A DNA stretch of 32,000 nucleotides from Methylorubrum extorquens (GTDB taxonomy: Bacteria > Pseudomonadota > Alphaproteobacteria > Rhizobiales > Beijerinckiaceae), in the NCBI GenBank assembly GCA_900234795.1, contig LT962688.1, positions 720,001 through 752,000 on the forward strand. Direction: 5' to 3'. A program made the position numbers and the translations under genes. Positions 24,804-32,000 of this stretch are shown here, piece by piece (positions within the stretch are counted from its first letter, which is position 1; each line of letters begins with the position of its first letter). Under the pieces are notes generated by a model. It was not told the origin of the DNA, did not search any database, and saw nothing but the letters and a program-made list of their open reading frames with translations.

Positions 24804-25461
24804 TCAGTCGGATTTCCGACTGCAGCGGATGTAGCTCGCTTGGCCCTTGCCGCTCGTCCAGGTGAGCCGGTCATGCTCGACGAGGAGGCGGACCTGTGAG
24901 GTCCAGCGACGGCCGCGCTCGCTGCAATCGGCGGCCATGGTCCAGGCGCTGCCCTCGCGGCGGTTGTTGCGGAAACGGCAGGTGGTGCGCCCGGCCTTGG
25001 CCCCGTCCTCGGTGATCGTGGCGGGCAGGAAACCGCGGCGGCGCTGGCGCTGGCCGCAGGCCACCGGGGGTCGGTCCCCAGATGCCGACGAAGGCGGCAC
25101 GCTCCACCAGCGGCGCGGCGGGCCGCGGCTCGGCGGGGGGGACCACCGTCTCCAGCGGCGGTGCGGGCGCGGCGACCGTAAGCACCCGCGGCGGGTTGGC
25201 GGCGGGCGTCGCCGGCCGCTCCGGCTCGGGCAACCGCACCTCCGGGACGTCGATGCTGTCGGTCGGCGCGAATCGGGTCTGACCGGCGGGCGCCGCCACC
25301 GACCCGTCATCGGTGAGCACGATCAGGGTGTAAGCGAACAGGGCGCCCCAGCCCGCGGCCAGGATCACCGGGATCGCGAGACGCCGCGACAGAACCGCGG
25401 ACGTCACCTCCCGTGCCCCCTCACCGGTCCCGCCAGCCTCCTGCGCGCCGTCAGCCGTCAT
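24804..25461 (-). pseudogene. Hypothetical membrane-anchored protein (TM helix, Pro-rich linker, C-terminal 4-Cys domain), frame broken near 25066-25070
   Basis: The N-part (track ORF 24871-25461) codes cleanly to ...FVGIWGPTP. The C-part (track ORF 24804-25310) codes cleanly from VACGQRQRRRGFLPATITEDG... to the stop at 24804. Both have high GC3 only in those portions. Removing one base from the G5 run joins them. No family recognised. Confidence 0.5.
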
Positions 25462-25753
25462 CGGCTCTTCCGCCGCCCCCTCTCACCGCCTCTTCGGCCT
25501 GTGCTCCCGATATCAGCATTCTCGCGTCCGAGACGATGTTTCAGAAAACGGCGCCATGCGGCCGGCCGCGTCTTCGACCCGGGCCGCCCGCACCACAGGG
25601 CGCTTTTCCTAAAACGACTCAAGGCCATCGTGGCCCACATTCCGCGATAGACGCCGGGAATGCGGCAGAGGCACGGCAACCCCTTCCCGCAGCAAGCGGA
25701 ACCTGCCATGGTCAAGCTTGGCGGCCGCGACGGCCGTCGACCGTACCCGTGTA

Positions 25754-26083
25754 ATGAAACCTGTCACCCTCGCCGTTCTCGGCTCGGCACTGGCGCCTCT
25801 GCTCTCGTCGCCCTTTGCCCTCACTCCCGCCATGGCCCAGCCGCGCACGCAGACGGCGCGCCCGACCTGCGTGGAAGCGATGGCCCTGGTGAAGGCGGAA
25901 GGCGCGGCGACGCTCAGCTTCGGCGGGCGCCCGCCCGAGCGCTTCGTGCGCGACCGCAGCTTCTGCGAACTCACGGAAATCGCCGAGCTGCGCTTCGTCC
26001 CGACCCGCGACAACCCGCAATGCCCGATCGGCTATCGCTGCCGCGAGCCGGATTACGGTGACTGGAACTGGGACGCGAACTGA
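25754..26083 (+). CDS. Small secreted 4-Cys hypothetical protein (109 aa)
   Basis: ATG 25754. It has a signal peptide MKPVTLAVLGSALAPLLSSPFALTPAMA-Q, and the mature part has four Cys (PTC, SFC, PQC, YRC). No family recognised. Confidence 0.55.
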   Translation: MKPVTLAVLGSALAPLLSSPFALTPAMAQPRTQTARPTCVEAMALVKAEGAATLSFGGRPPERFVRDRSFCELTEIAELRFVPTRDNPQCPIGYRCREPDYGDWNWDAN

Positions 26084-26332
26084 GGGCGGAAGGTCCCGGA
26101 AAGCGGTCCCGGCAGTCGTCTCAAAAATCCTCGGAAAACTTGTCCACGGTGTCGCACCCGGCGGCGTCCGGCGCTGGCGGGCGGCAGCCCCACCCCGCGA
26201 CATGACCGAAATTTCACGTGACAGGCGCGGCTGCGCGCCACGTTCTCGCCACGACGGATAGCCAGGGCCGCCGCATTCGGCGATTGAACCCGTCCGTCGG
26301 CGCGCCATCCGATCCAAGGGTGGACAGGGCCG

Positions 26333-28471
26333 GTGCAGCGAGAAGGAACGACCCGCGTGGCCGCATTGAAGAGCAGGCTCGGCATCCAGGCCGTGCTGAC
26401 GGCGCTCGCCGCCCTCCTGCTGCTGGCCATGCCGGGGATTCCGAGCCCACCGCTCTACGTGTCGCTCGCGGGCTTCGCGATGGCGGGCATCCTCATCGCC
26501 TCGAACAGCCTCTCGGCCTACCTGAAGATTTTCATCTCGGTCTACGGCATCGGCTACCTGCTGCTGGCGGGCGCCAAGACCCTGGCGGCGATGGGCGCCC
26601 TGCCGGGCGTCGTCGCGGCGCTGCTGCCGCCGGATTTCGCCGCGACCGGCTCCGTGGTGTTCGCCGCCATCGTGCTCGCCGTCTCGCACTGGAAGCCGAT
26701 CCGCGACATCACGCTCATCGCCGACCCCTATTTCGCCAGCCACGACGCCCCGAGCCGGGAGATCGGCATGTTCCGCCGGTTCGGCCGCACCGAGGGCCAG
26801 ATCGGCCGCAACCTCGTGGCGCTGTCGATCTTCGTCAGCTTCGCGGACGTGGCGCTGACGCTGCGGTTCAACTTCTTCTACCGCGACATGTACAACGCGC
26901 TGCAGGAGTTCGACGCGCCGAGCTTCTGGTATCAGCTCGGCTGGATCTTCGTGCCGCTGGCGATCCTCAACGTCGTGATCGGCATGTTCGACATCTACGT
27001 CGATGCCGGATTGCAGCTCCGCTGGCGCACCTGGCTCACCCACAATCTCTACGAGCGTTGGCTCGGGGAGGGCACGCATTACCGCATCCCCTTCGTCGAC
27101 GAGCACGCCGACAACCCGGACCAGCGCATCCAGTCGGACGTCAACAACTTCATCGCCCAGACCACGACCCTCTCGACCCGGCTGCTCTCGCAGGCGGCGC
27201 AGCTCGTCTCCTTTATCGTCATCCTGTGGACGCTCTCGCGCGACTTCGTGCTGCCGTTCACGGACGCCGTGATCCCGGGCTTCCTCGTGTGGCTGGTGAT
27301 CGCCTACGCCGTGGTCGGCACCTGGCTCACGCACCTCATCGGTAAGCCGCTCATCGGCCTCGACTACCGGCAGGAACAAGTCGAGGCGGATTTCCGCTTC
27401 GCCCTGGCGCGCAACCGCATCTATTCCGAGCAGATCGCCTTGCTGCGCGGCGAGCGGGCCGAGGCGTCCCGCCTCGCCACCCTGTTCCACGCCATCGTCG
27501 ACAACTACGTCGGCATCATCTTCCGGCGCATCAAGCTGATCGCCTTCACCTTCAGCTACCGCCAGATGAGCGCGATCTTCCCGCTCGTCATCGCCGCGCC
27601 GTCCTTCTTTGCCAAGAAGATCACCCTCGGCGCCCTGCAGCAGACCTCGAACGCGTTCAGCAACGTCCAAAACTCGCTGAACTTCTTCATCAATTCCTAC
27701 ACCATCCTCGCCGCCTACAAGGCGAACACCATCCGTCTCGGCTCGTTCAAGCGGGCGATGACCCAGGCCGAGGCTCTGGCCGGCGCCGGCTACGGCCTCG
27801 CCAACGGCAACGAGACCGCCGGCGGCGTGACCGCCCGCGACCTGACGCTGGCGCTGCCCGATGGCCGCGAGATCGTGCATGCGGGCGCGCTCGAACTGCC
27901 GAAGGGCGGAGCGACCCTGGTCACCGGCCCCTCGGGCTCGGGCAAGTCGACCCTGTTCCGGGCGATCGCCGGGATCTGGCCGTTCGGCAAGGGCCGGGTC
28001 GACGTGCCGGCCGGACAGTCGGCGCTGGTTCTGCCGCAGCGGCCCTATCTCCCGCTCGGCTCCTTGCGCGGCGCGGTGGCCTATCCGAACCCGATCGACC
28101 GCTTCTCCGACGAAGAGATGCGCGACGCGCTCAAGGCCGCTCAGCTTCCCCAACTCGCGGACAAGCTCGACGAGGTCGATAGCTGGGACCGGCGCCTGTC
28201 GGGCGGCGAGCAGCAGCGCCTCGCCATCGCGCGGGCGATCCTGGCCAAGCCCGACTGGCTGTTCCTCGACGAATCGACCGCCGCCCTCGACGAGGAAACC
28301 GAGGCCGCGATCTACCGGACGCTGCGCGCGACGATGCCCGGCACGACCATCGTCTCGATCGGCCACCGCTCGACCCTGCACAAGCACCACGACCGCCGCG
28401 TCGAGATGAAGCCGACGGAGGGTGGCCGCTTCGAGCCGCGTCTATCGGCGATGCCGGCTCCGGCGGAGTAG
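26333..28471 (+). CDS. Fused permease/ATPase ABC transporter of the SbmA/BacA-like (YddA/Rv1819c-type) family
   Basis: The membrane domain motifs are FNFFYRDMYNALQEFD and DNPDQRIQSDVNNF. The ABC domain has Walker A GPSGSGKST, signature LSGGEQQRLAIARAIL and Walker B WLFLDESTAALD. It is 712 aa from GTG 26333. Confidence 0.9.
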   Translation: MQREGTTRVAALKSRLGIQAVLTALAALLLLAMPGIPSPPLYVSLAGFAMAGILIASNSLSAYLKIFISVYGIGYLLLAGAKTLAAMGALPGVVAALLPPDFAATGSVVFAAIVLAVSHWKPIRDITLIADPYFASHDAPSREIGMFRRFGRTEGQIGRNLVALSIFVSFADVALTLRFNFFYRDMYNALQEFDAPSFWYQLGWIFVPLAILNVVIGMFDIYVDAGLQLRWRTWLTHNLYERWLGEGTHYRIPFVDEHADNPDQRIQSDVNNFIAQTTTLSTRLLSQAAQLVSFIVILWTLSRDFVLPFTDAVIPGFLVWLVIAYAVVGTWLTHLIGKPLIGLDYRQEQVEADFRFALARNRIYSEQIALLRGERAEASRLATLFHAIVDNYVGIIFRRIKLIAFTFSYRQMSAIFPLVIAAPSFFAKKITLGALQQTSNAFSNVQNSLNFFINSYTILAAYKANTIRLGSFKRAMTQAEALAGAGYGLANGNETAGGVTARDLTLALPDGREIVHAGALELPKGGATLVTGPSGSGKSTLFRAIAGIWPFGKGRVDVPAGQSALVLPQRPYLPLGSLRGAVAYPNPIDRFSDEEMRDALKAAQLPQLADKLDEVDSWDRRLSGGEQQRLAIARAILAKPDWLFLDESTAALDEETEAAIYRTLRATMPGTTIVSIGHRSTLHKHHDRRVEMKPTEGGRFEPRLSAMPAPAE

Positions 28472-28579
28472 GGGCCGACACTCCGCGCCACGGGCGGACG
28501 GCGCGGTCTCACCGCCGGAGGCCCGTGGAGCCGATCCGGGCCTCCTCGCTCTGCGGCCCGGAGTCTCCTTCCGCCCCAT

Positions 28580-28606
28580 CGCGCGTTCGGGGTTTTCCGA
28601 CGCGCG
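28580..28606. terminator. Stem-loop between convergent ABC transporter and fructosamine-kinase genes
   Basis: CGCGCGT(t)CGG-GGTTTT-CCGACGCGCG has about 10 bp with one bulge. A second hairpin GGAGGCCC-N13-GGGCCTCC lies at 28517-28545. Confidence 0.45.
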
Positions 28607-28636
28607 TAAGCTTGAACGAAGCCGTCGGAAATCCGG

Positions 28637-29443
28637 TCAGACCCCGGCTGCCTCCAAAAAACCCTCGACCATGCCCCGGTAGCCGGCGCCGAACAGGCGC
28701 CAATGCACCAGGGCCGGCCAGAGCTTGTAAATCGGCGCGCGCTCGGCTGCGTCGGGCTCGGGGGCTCCGTAGGCCGCGCGGAAGCCGGAACCGGGGCGGC
28801 CGAACAGGCTCAGCATCGCCAGGTCGACCTCGGCATGGCCGTGATAGCAGGCCGGATCGATCAGCCCCGACACCCGGTCGCCTCCATAGAGCACGTTGCC
28901 GCTCCAAAGGTCGCCGTGGAGCAGGGCCGGGCGGGGCCGCTTCGGAAGGCGATTACCAAGGTCGTCCGCCAGCCGCTCGATCCGCCGGACGAGCGGGATA
29001 GGAAGGTGCTCGGCGTGGCAAAGCAGGCGGCGCCTGCCCCAGAAGGCCGACCAATCGTCGTCCCAGGCATTCTCGATGGCGACGGCGCCGAACGCGTAAT
29101 CGGCGTGCCAGCCGTAGCGCTCGCCCTCGGCGGCGTGCAGGCGGGCGACGACCCGGCCGAGATCGGCGTCGGTGCCCGGCCCCGAACCGGTATCGGGTAG
29201 GCATTCGAGGACGAGCACCGTCTCGTCCGCGGCCAGCACGGCGGGCGCCGGGGCGCCGGTCGCGGCGATGGCTGCGAGCATCCGAGCCTCTTCCCGCGGC
29301 GCCGGCCCGGTCTTCGCCACGGCCTCGCGCCCATCCCCCAGCCTCAGGCGGACGCATTGGGACAGGTCGCCGCCGGCCATCGGCCGGGCCTCGGCAAGGG
29401 GGACACCGAGCAGGTCCGCCGCGTGCCGGGCGAGGCCGTTCAT
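28637..29443 (-). CDS. Fructosamine/ketosamine-3-kinase family protein
   Basis: 268 aa from ATG 29443. The motifs LLHGDLWSGNVL and IDPACYHGHAEVDLAM are typical of the FN3K/YniA family. An ATGA overlap joins it to the upstream phosphatase gene. Confidence 0.9.
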   Translation of the reverse strand: MNGLARHAADLLGVPLAEARPMAGGDLSQCVRLRLGDGREAVAKTGPAPREEARMLAAIAATGAPAPAVLAADETVLVLECLPDTGSGPGTDADLGRVVARLHAAEGERYGWHADYAFGAVAIENAWDDDWSAFWGRRRLLCHAEHLPIPLVRRIERLADDLGNRLPKRPRPALLHGDLWSGNVLYGGDRVSGLIDPACYHGHAEVDLAMLSLFGRPGSGFRAAYGAPEPDAAERAPIYKLWPALVHWRLFGAGYRGMVEGFLEAAGV

Positions 29444-29919
29444 TCCGCTCCCGCGATCCGGCGAGCGAGGGCTCGGGCGCCTGCGGTCACATCGGCCCAG
29501 GTCGTGTCGAAGCCCTCCTGCGCGCCGTAATAGGGGTCGGCCACGGGCTCGCCCGCCCGGCCCGGCACGTGATCGAGGAGCAGGCTCAGCGCGGCCCGCG
29601 ACCCGTCCGGCCGCAGGGCCCGCAGCCGCGCGAGGTTGGCGAGATCCAGGGCAACGACGTGATCGAAGCGCTCGAAATCGGCCGGCGCGACCTGACGTCC
29701 GTGATAGCCCGCGATATCGACGCCGTTCGCCCGCGCCACCGCGATCGCGCGCGGGTCCGGCGGTTCGCCGACGTGCCAGTCGCCGGTCCCGGCGGAATCG
29801 ACCGTGACGTCGAGACCGATCCGCTCGGCCTCCTGCCGGAAGGCAGCCTCGGCCAGCGGCGAACGGCAGATGTTGCCCAGACACACGAACAGGATTGCGG
29901 AGTGGGAAGGCTCGGTCAC
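29440..29919 (-). CDS. Low-molecular-weight protein-tyrosine phosphatase family protein
   Basis: 159 aa. The P-loop is CLGNICRSP (C-x5-R-S) and the Asp loop is DPYYG. The GTG start 29919 overlaps the pepP stop (GTGA). Confidence 0.9.
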   Translation of the reverse strand: MTEPSHSAILFVCLGNICRSPLAEAAFRQEAERIGLDVTVDSAGTGDWHVGEPPDPRAIAVARANGVDIAGYHGRQVAPADFERFDHVVALDLANLARLRALRPDGSRAALSLLLDHVPGRAGEPVADPYYGAQEGFDTTWADVTAGARALARRIAGAE

Positions 29920-31754
29920 GCCGTAGCCTTTCCAAGTGGCCGCGTCGCCACCTCCAGCCAGTCCAGCGTCGGCCCGTCGAGATCCGGCGACAGGACCTCA
30001 CGCACCCGCGCGTGGTAGGCGTCGAGCCAAGCCGCGTCGTACGCGCCGAGCATGGCCGGATCGATCAGCCGCCGGTCGATCGGGGCCAGCGTCAGGGTCT
30101 CGAAGCCGAGCATCGTCCGGTCGCCGCCGGGGATCGTCCGCGGCTCGACGAGGATCAGGTTCTCGATGCGGATGCCGTAGGCACGGCTCCGGTAATAGCC
30201 CGGCTCGTTCGAGAGGATCATGCCGGGCTTCAACGCCACCGTGCCGGTCTTGGCGATGCGCTGCGGGCCCTCGTGGACCGAGAGGAAGGCACCGACGCCG
30301 TGGCCGGTGCCGTGATCGTAATCGAGCCCGGCCTCCCACAGGCTCATCCGGGCGAAGGCATCGATCTGCGCGCCCGTCGTCCCCTCGGGAAAGACCGCGC
30401 GGGCGATGGCGATATGGCCCTTCAGCACGCGGGTGAAGCGGTCGCGCATCGCGTCCGTGGGCGTACCGATGGCGACGGTGCGGGTGATGTCGGTGGTGCC
30501 GTCGGCGTATTGCGCGCCTGAATCGATCAGGAAGAGTTCGCCGGGCTGCGCCGTGCGGTCGGTGGCGCGGGTGACGCGATAATGGACGATGGCACCGTTC
30601 GGGCCCGAACCGGAAATGGTCGGGAAGGAGACGTCGCGCAGCAGGCCGCCTTCTCTGCGGAAATCCTCCAGTGCCTCGACAGCGGCGATCTCGCTCACCC
30701 CCTCGGGCGCGGTCCGGTCGAGCCAGGCGAGGAAGCGCGTCACGGCAAGGCCGTCGCGGTGGTGGGCGGCGCGGGTGCCGGCGATCTCGGCCGGGTTCTT
30801 GACCGCCTTCATCGCGGTGACCGGATCGGCGCCGACATCCGCGACGCCGCCGGCGGCCTCGATGCGATCCTTGAGGGCCGCCGCCGCCGTCGCCGCATCG
30901 ATCCGCACACGGGCGGCGCCGGTGCACAGGCCGGCGAGATCCGCGTCGAAGGCGCTGCGCGGGCGAAGGTCGGCCAGCGGTTCGAGGGCGGCGCGCAGGT
31001 CGGCGTCGATCTGCGGCGAGGTGAGGTAGAGCGCGGCCCGCCCCTCGCGGGGCACCAGCGCGTAGCCGAGCGCCAGGGGCGTGTGCGCGATGTCGGACCC
31101 ACGCAGGTTGAAGGTCCAGGCGAGGTTGTGGGGATCGGAGATCACCAGGGTGTCGATCCCGCCTTCCGCCAGCGCGGCGCGGATGCGGTCGAGCTTGTCG
31201 CTACGGGTCTCGCCCGCAAGATCATCGGGATGGGCGGCGACACGGCCCGCCGGCGGCCGGGGCCGCCCGGCCCAGACCGCGTCCACGAGATTGTCGGGCA
31301 CGGCGCGCAGGGATGCCCCCGCCTTGATGGCGGCGCGCTCCAGGCGGGCCACGCCGTCGGGCGTGTGAAGCCAGGGATCGTAGGCGAGGGTTTGGCCGGG
31401 CTTCAGGTGGGCGCCGAGCCAAGCCTCCGGCGTCGTCTCGGCCAGAGGCACCACGGTGATGATCCCGGTATCGACCTGCTCCGGCGCCTGGAGGGTGTAG
31501 CGGCCATCGACGAACAGGGCCGCCACGTCGGCCAGGATCACCGCGAGGCCGGCCGACCCGGTGAAGCCGGTGAGCCAGGCGAGGCGCTCGGCGTTGGCCG
31601 GCACGTATTCCGACTGATGCTCGTCGGCCCGGGGCACGACGAAGCCGTCGGCGCGGATCTCGCGGAGCGCCGCACGCAGGGCTTCGATCCGTTCAGGCCC
31701 CTTGGCGTGGCTGGGATCGTCGAAGGTCTGGAAGCGGGGCAGGGGCGTCGTCAT
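29916..31754 (-). CDS. pepP: Xaa-Pro aminopeptidase (aminopeptidase P, M24B, three-domain type)
   Basis: 612 aa. The metal-ligand contexts are DSGAQYADGTTDITRT, HGTGHGVG, SNEPGYY and IRIENL. It has an N-terminal creatinase-like duplicated domain. Confidence 0.9.
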   Translation of the reverse strand: MTTPLPRFQTFDDPSHAKGPERIEALRAALREIRADGFVVPRADEHQSEYVPANAERLAWLTGFTGSAGLAVILADVAALFVDGRYTLQAPEQVDTGIITVVPLAETTPEAWLGAHLKPGQTLAYDPWLHTPDGVARLERAAIKAGASLRAVPDNLVDAVWAGRPRPPAGRVAAHPDDLAGETRSDKLDRIRAALAEGGIDTLVISDPHNLAWTFNLRGSDIAHTPLALGYALVPREGRAALYLTSPQIDADLRAALEPLADLRPRSAFDADLAGLCTGAARVRIDAATAAAALKDRIEAAGGVADVGADPVTAMKAVKNPAEIAGTRAAHHRDGLAVTRFLAWLDRTAPEGVSEIAAVEALEDFRREGGLLRDVSFPTISGSGPNGAIVHYRVTRATDRTAQPGELFLIDSGAQYADGTTDITRTVAIGTPTDAMRDRFTRVLKGHIAIARAVFPEGTTGAQIDAFARMSLWEAGLDYDHGTGHGVGAFLSVHEGPQRIAKTGTVALKPGMILSNEPGYYRSRAYGIRIENLILVEPRTIPGGDRTMLGFETLTLAPIDRRLIDPAMLGAYDAAWLDAYHARVREVLSPDLDGPTLDWLEVATRPLGKATA

Positions 31755-32000
31755 GGCGGAAACCTACCGCGTCGGATGCCCTCGCGACACCCTCCTCCAT
31801 GGCCATCGCTCGAAAGCGATCACCCTGGTTTTTGGCTGGCCTCAGTCGCCGGCGCCCGCGGGCTTAAGCTCTCGCTCCGCTCGATGCTTTCAGGGGCTCG
31901 CGCCCCGAAAAGTCCGCTCCGCGCGGCGCACTTCGCGCCGGCAAGCCGCTCACGCGGCTTCGAGCAATCGCCGCTCCTCCTCAGCGCGGACGCGCCGCCG

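Noticed and set aside
26084-26332. Cobalamin riboswitch upstream of the BacA/Rv1819c-like transporter
   Set aside because: I looked for the B12-box-like core and the conserved GCCACTG-type element and did not find them. Only a short GGCGCG-GCTG-CGCGCC hairpin is present. A covariance-model scan would be needed to exclude it fully.
25712-28390. 892-aa minus-strand ORF opposite the BacA-like ABC transporter
   Set aside because: It is a shadow ORF. The plus strand encodes clear Walker A/B and ABC signature motifs and TM helices, while the antisense product is Arg/Gly/Glu/Asp-rich with no recognisable domain.
28637-30001. 454-aa version of the fructosamine-kinase ORF running through the LMW-PTP gene
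   Set aside because: The kinase homology starts at MNGLARHAADLLG (ATG 29443). The upstream part is Arg-rich and overlaps, out of frame, a phosphatase gene with a perfect C-x5-R P-loop.
1-32000. Mobile elements, prophage, defence islands, toxin-antitoxin pairs, tRNA or rRNA genes
   Set aside because: I recognised no integrase, transposase, recombinase, nuclease/helicase/ATPase defence signatures, tRNA T-loop or acceptor features, or rRNA-like segments. Apart from the short AT-rich patch at 1413-1550, composition is uniform, which is consistent with core chromosome.

Overview
High-GC (about 70%) alphaproteobacterial chromosomal segment. Gene content, codon bias and the GGGGAGAGGG-type palindromic repeats look Methylobacterium/Rhizobiales-like, which is an inference. 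I call about 24 protein-coding genes and see no rRNA, tRNA, CRISPR, transposase, integrase or recognisable phage-defence or toxin genes. In window order: (1) an MBL-like protein, a cytoplasmic double-PAS chemoreceptor and a DedA protein. (2) A minus-strand pentose-phosphate block: GH15 glycosidase, transketolase and a fused transaldolase/glucose-6-phosphate isomerase. (3) A nitrate/nitrite assimilation locus: nasT-nasS, then nrtABC, a Flp/NirB-N-like flavoprotein, nirA and a CysJ-like flavoprotein. (4) A LysR regulator divergent from a GST and PNPOx-like pair. (5) Two small Cys4 exported or anchored hypothetical proteins and a BacA/SbmA-type ABC exporter-fold transporter. (6) pepP, LMW-PTP and fructosamine kinase. 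The most interesting points follow. (a) The reductase module of the nas operon pairs a ferredoxin-type NirA with an FMN-domain-less CysJ-like protein carrying a Cys-rich N-terminal module, plus a second flavoprotein, and no nitrate reductase is in the operon. (b) The nrtA leader combines a near-consensus sigma-54 promoter, two A1/G4 hexaloop hairpins (the ANTAR signature) and an overlapping terminator. (c) Three independent single-base insertions in G/C homopolymers disrupt three genes within 3.3 kb, which is most likely an assembly artefact but needs checking. (d) Dense arrays of perfect stem-loops sit in two intergenic spacers. I do not see a convincing wholly novel system. The NirA/CysJ-like/Flp-like trio is the best candidate for uncharacterised biology. 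The many long antisense ORFs in the track are high-GC shadow ORFs.
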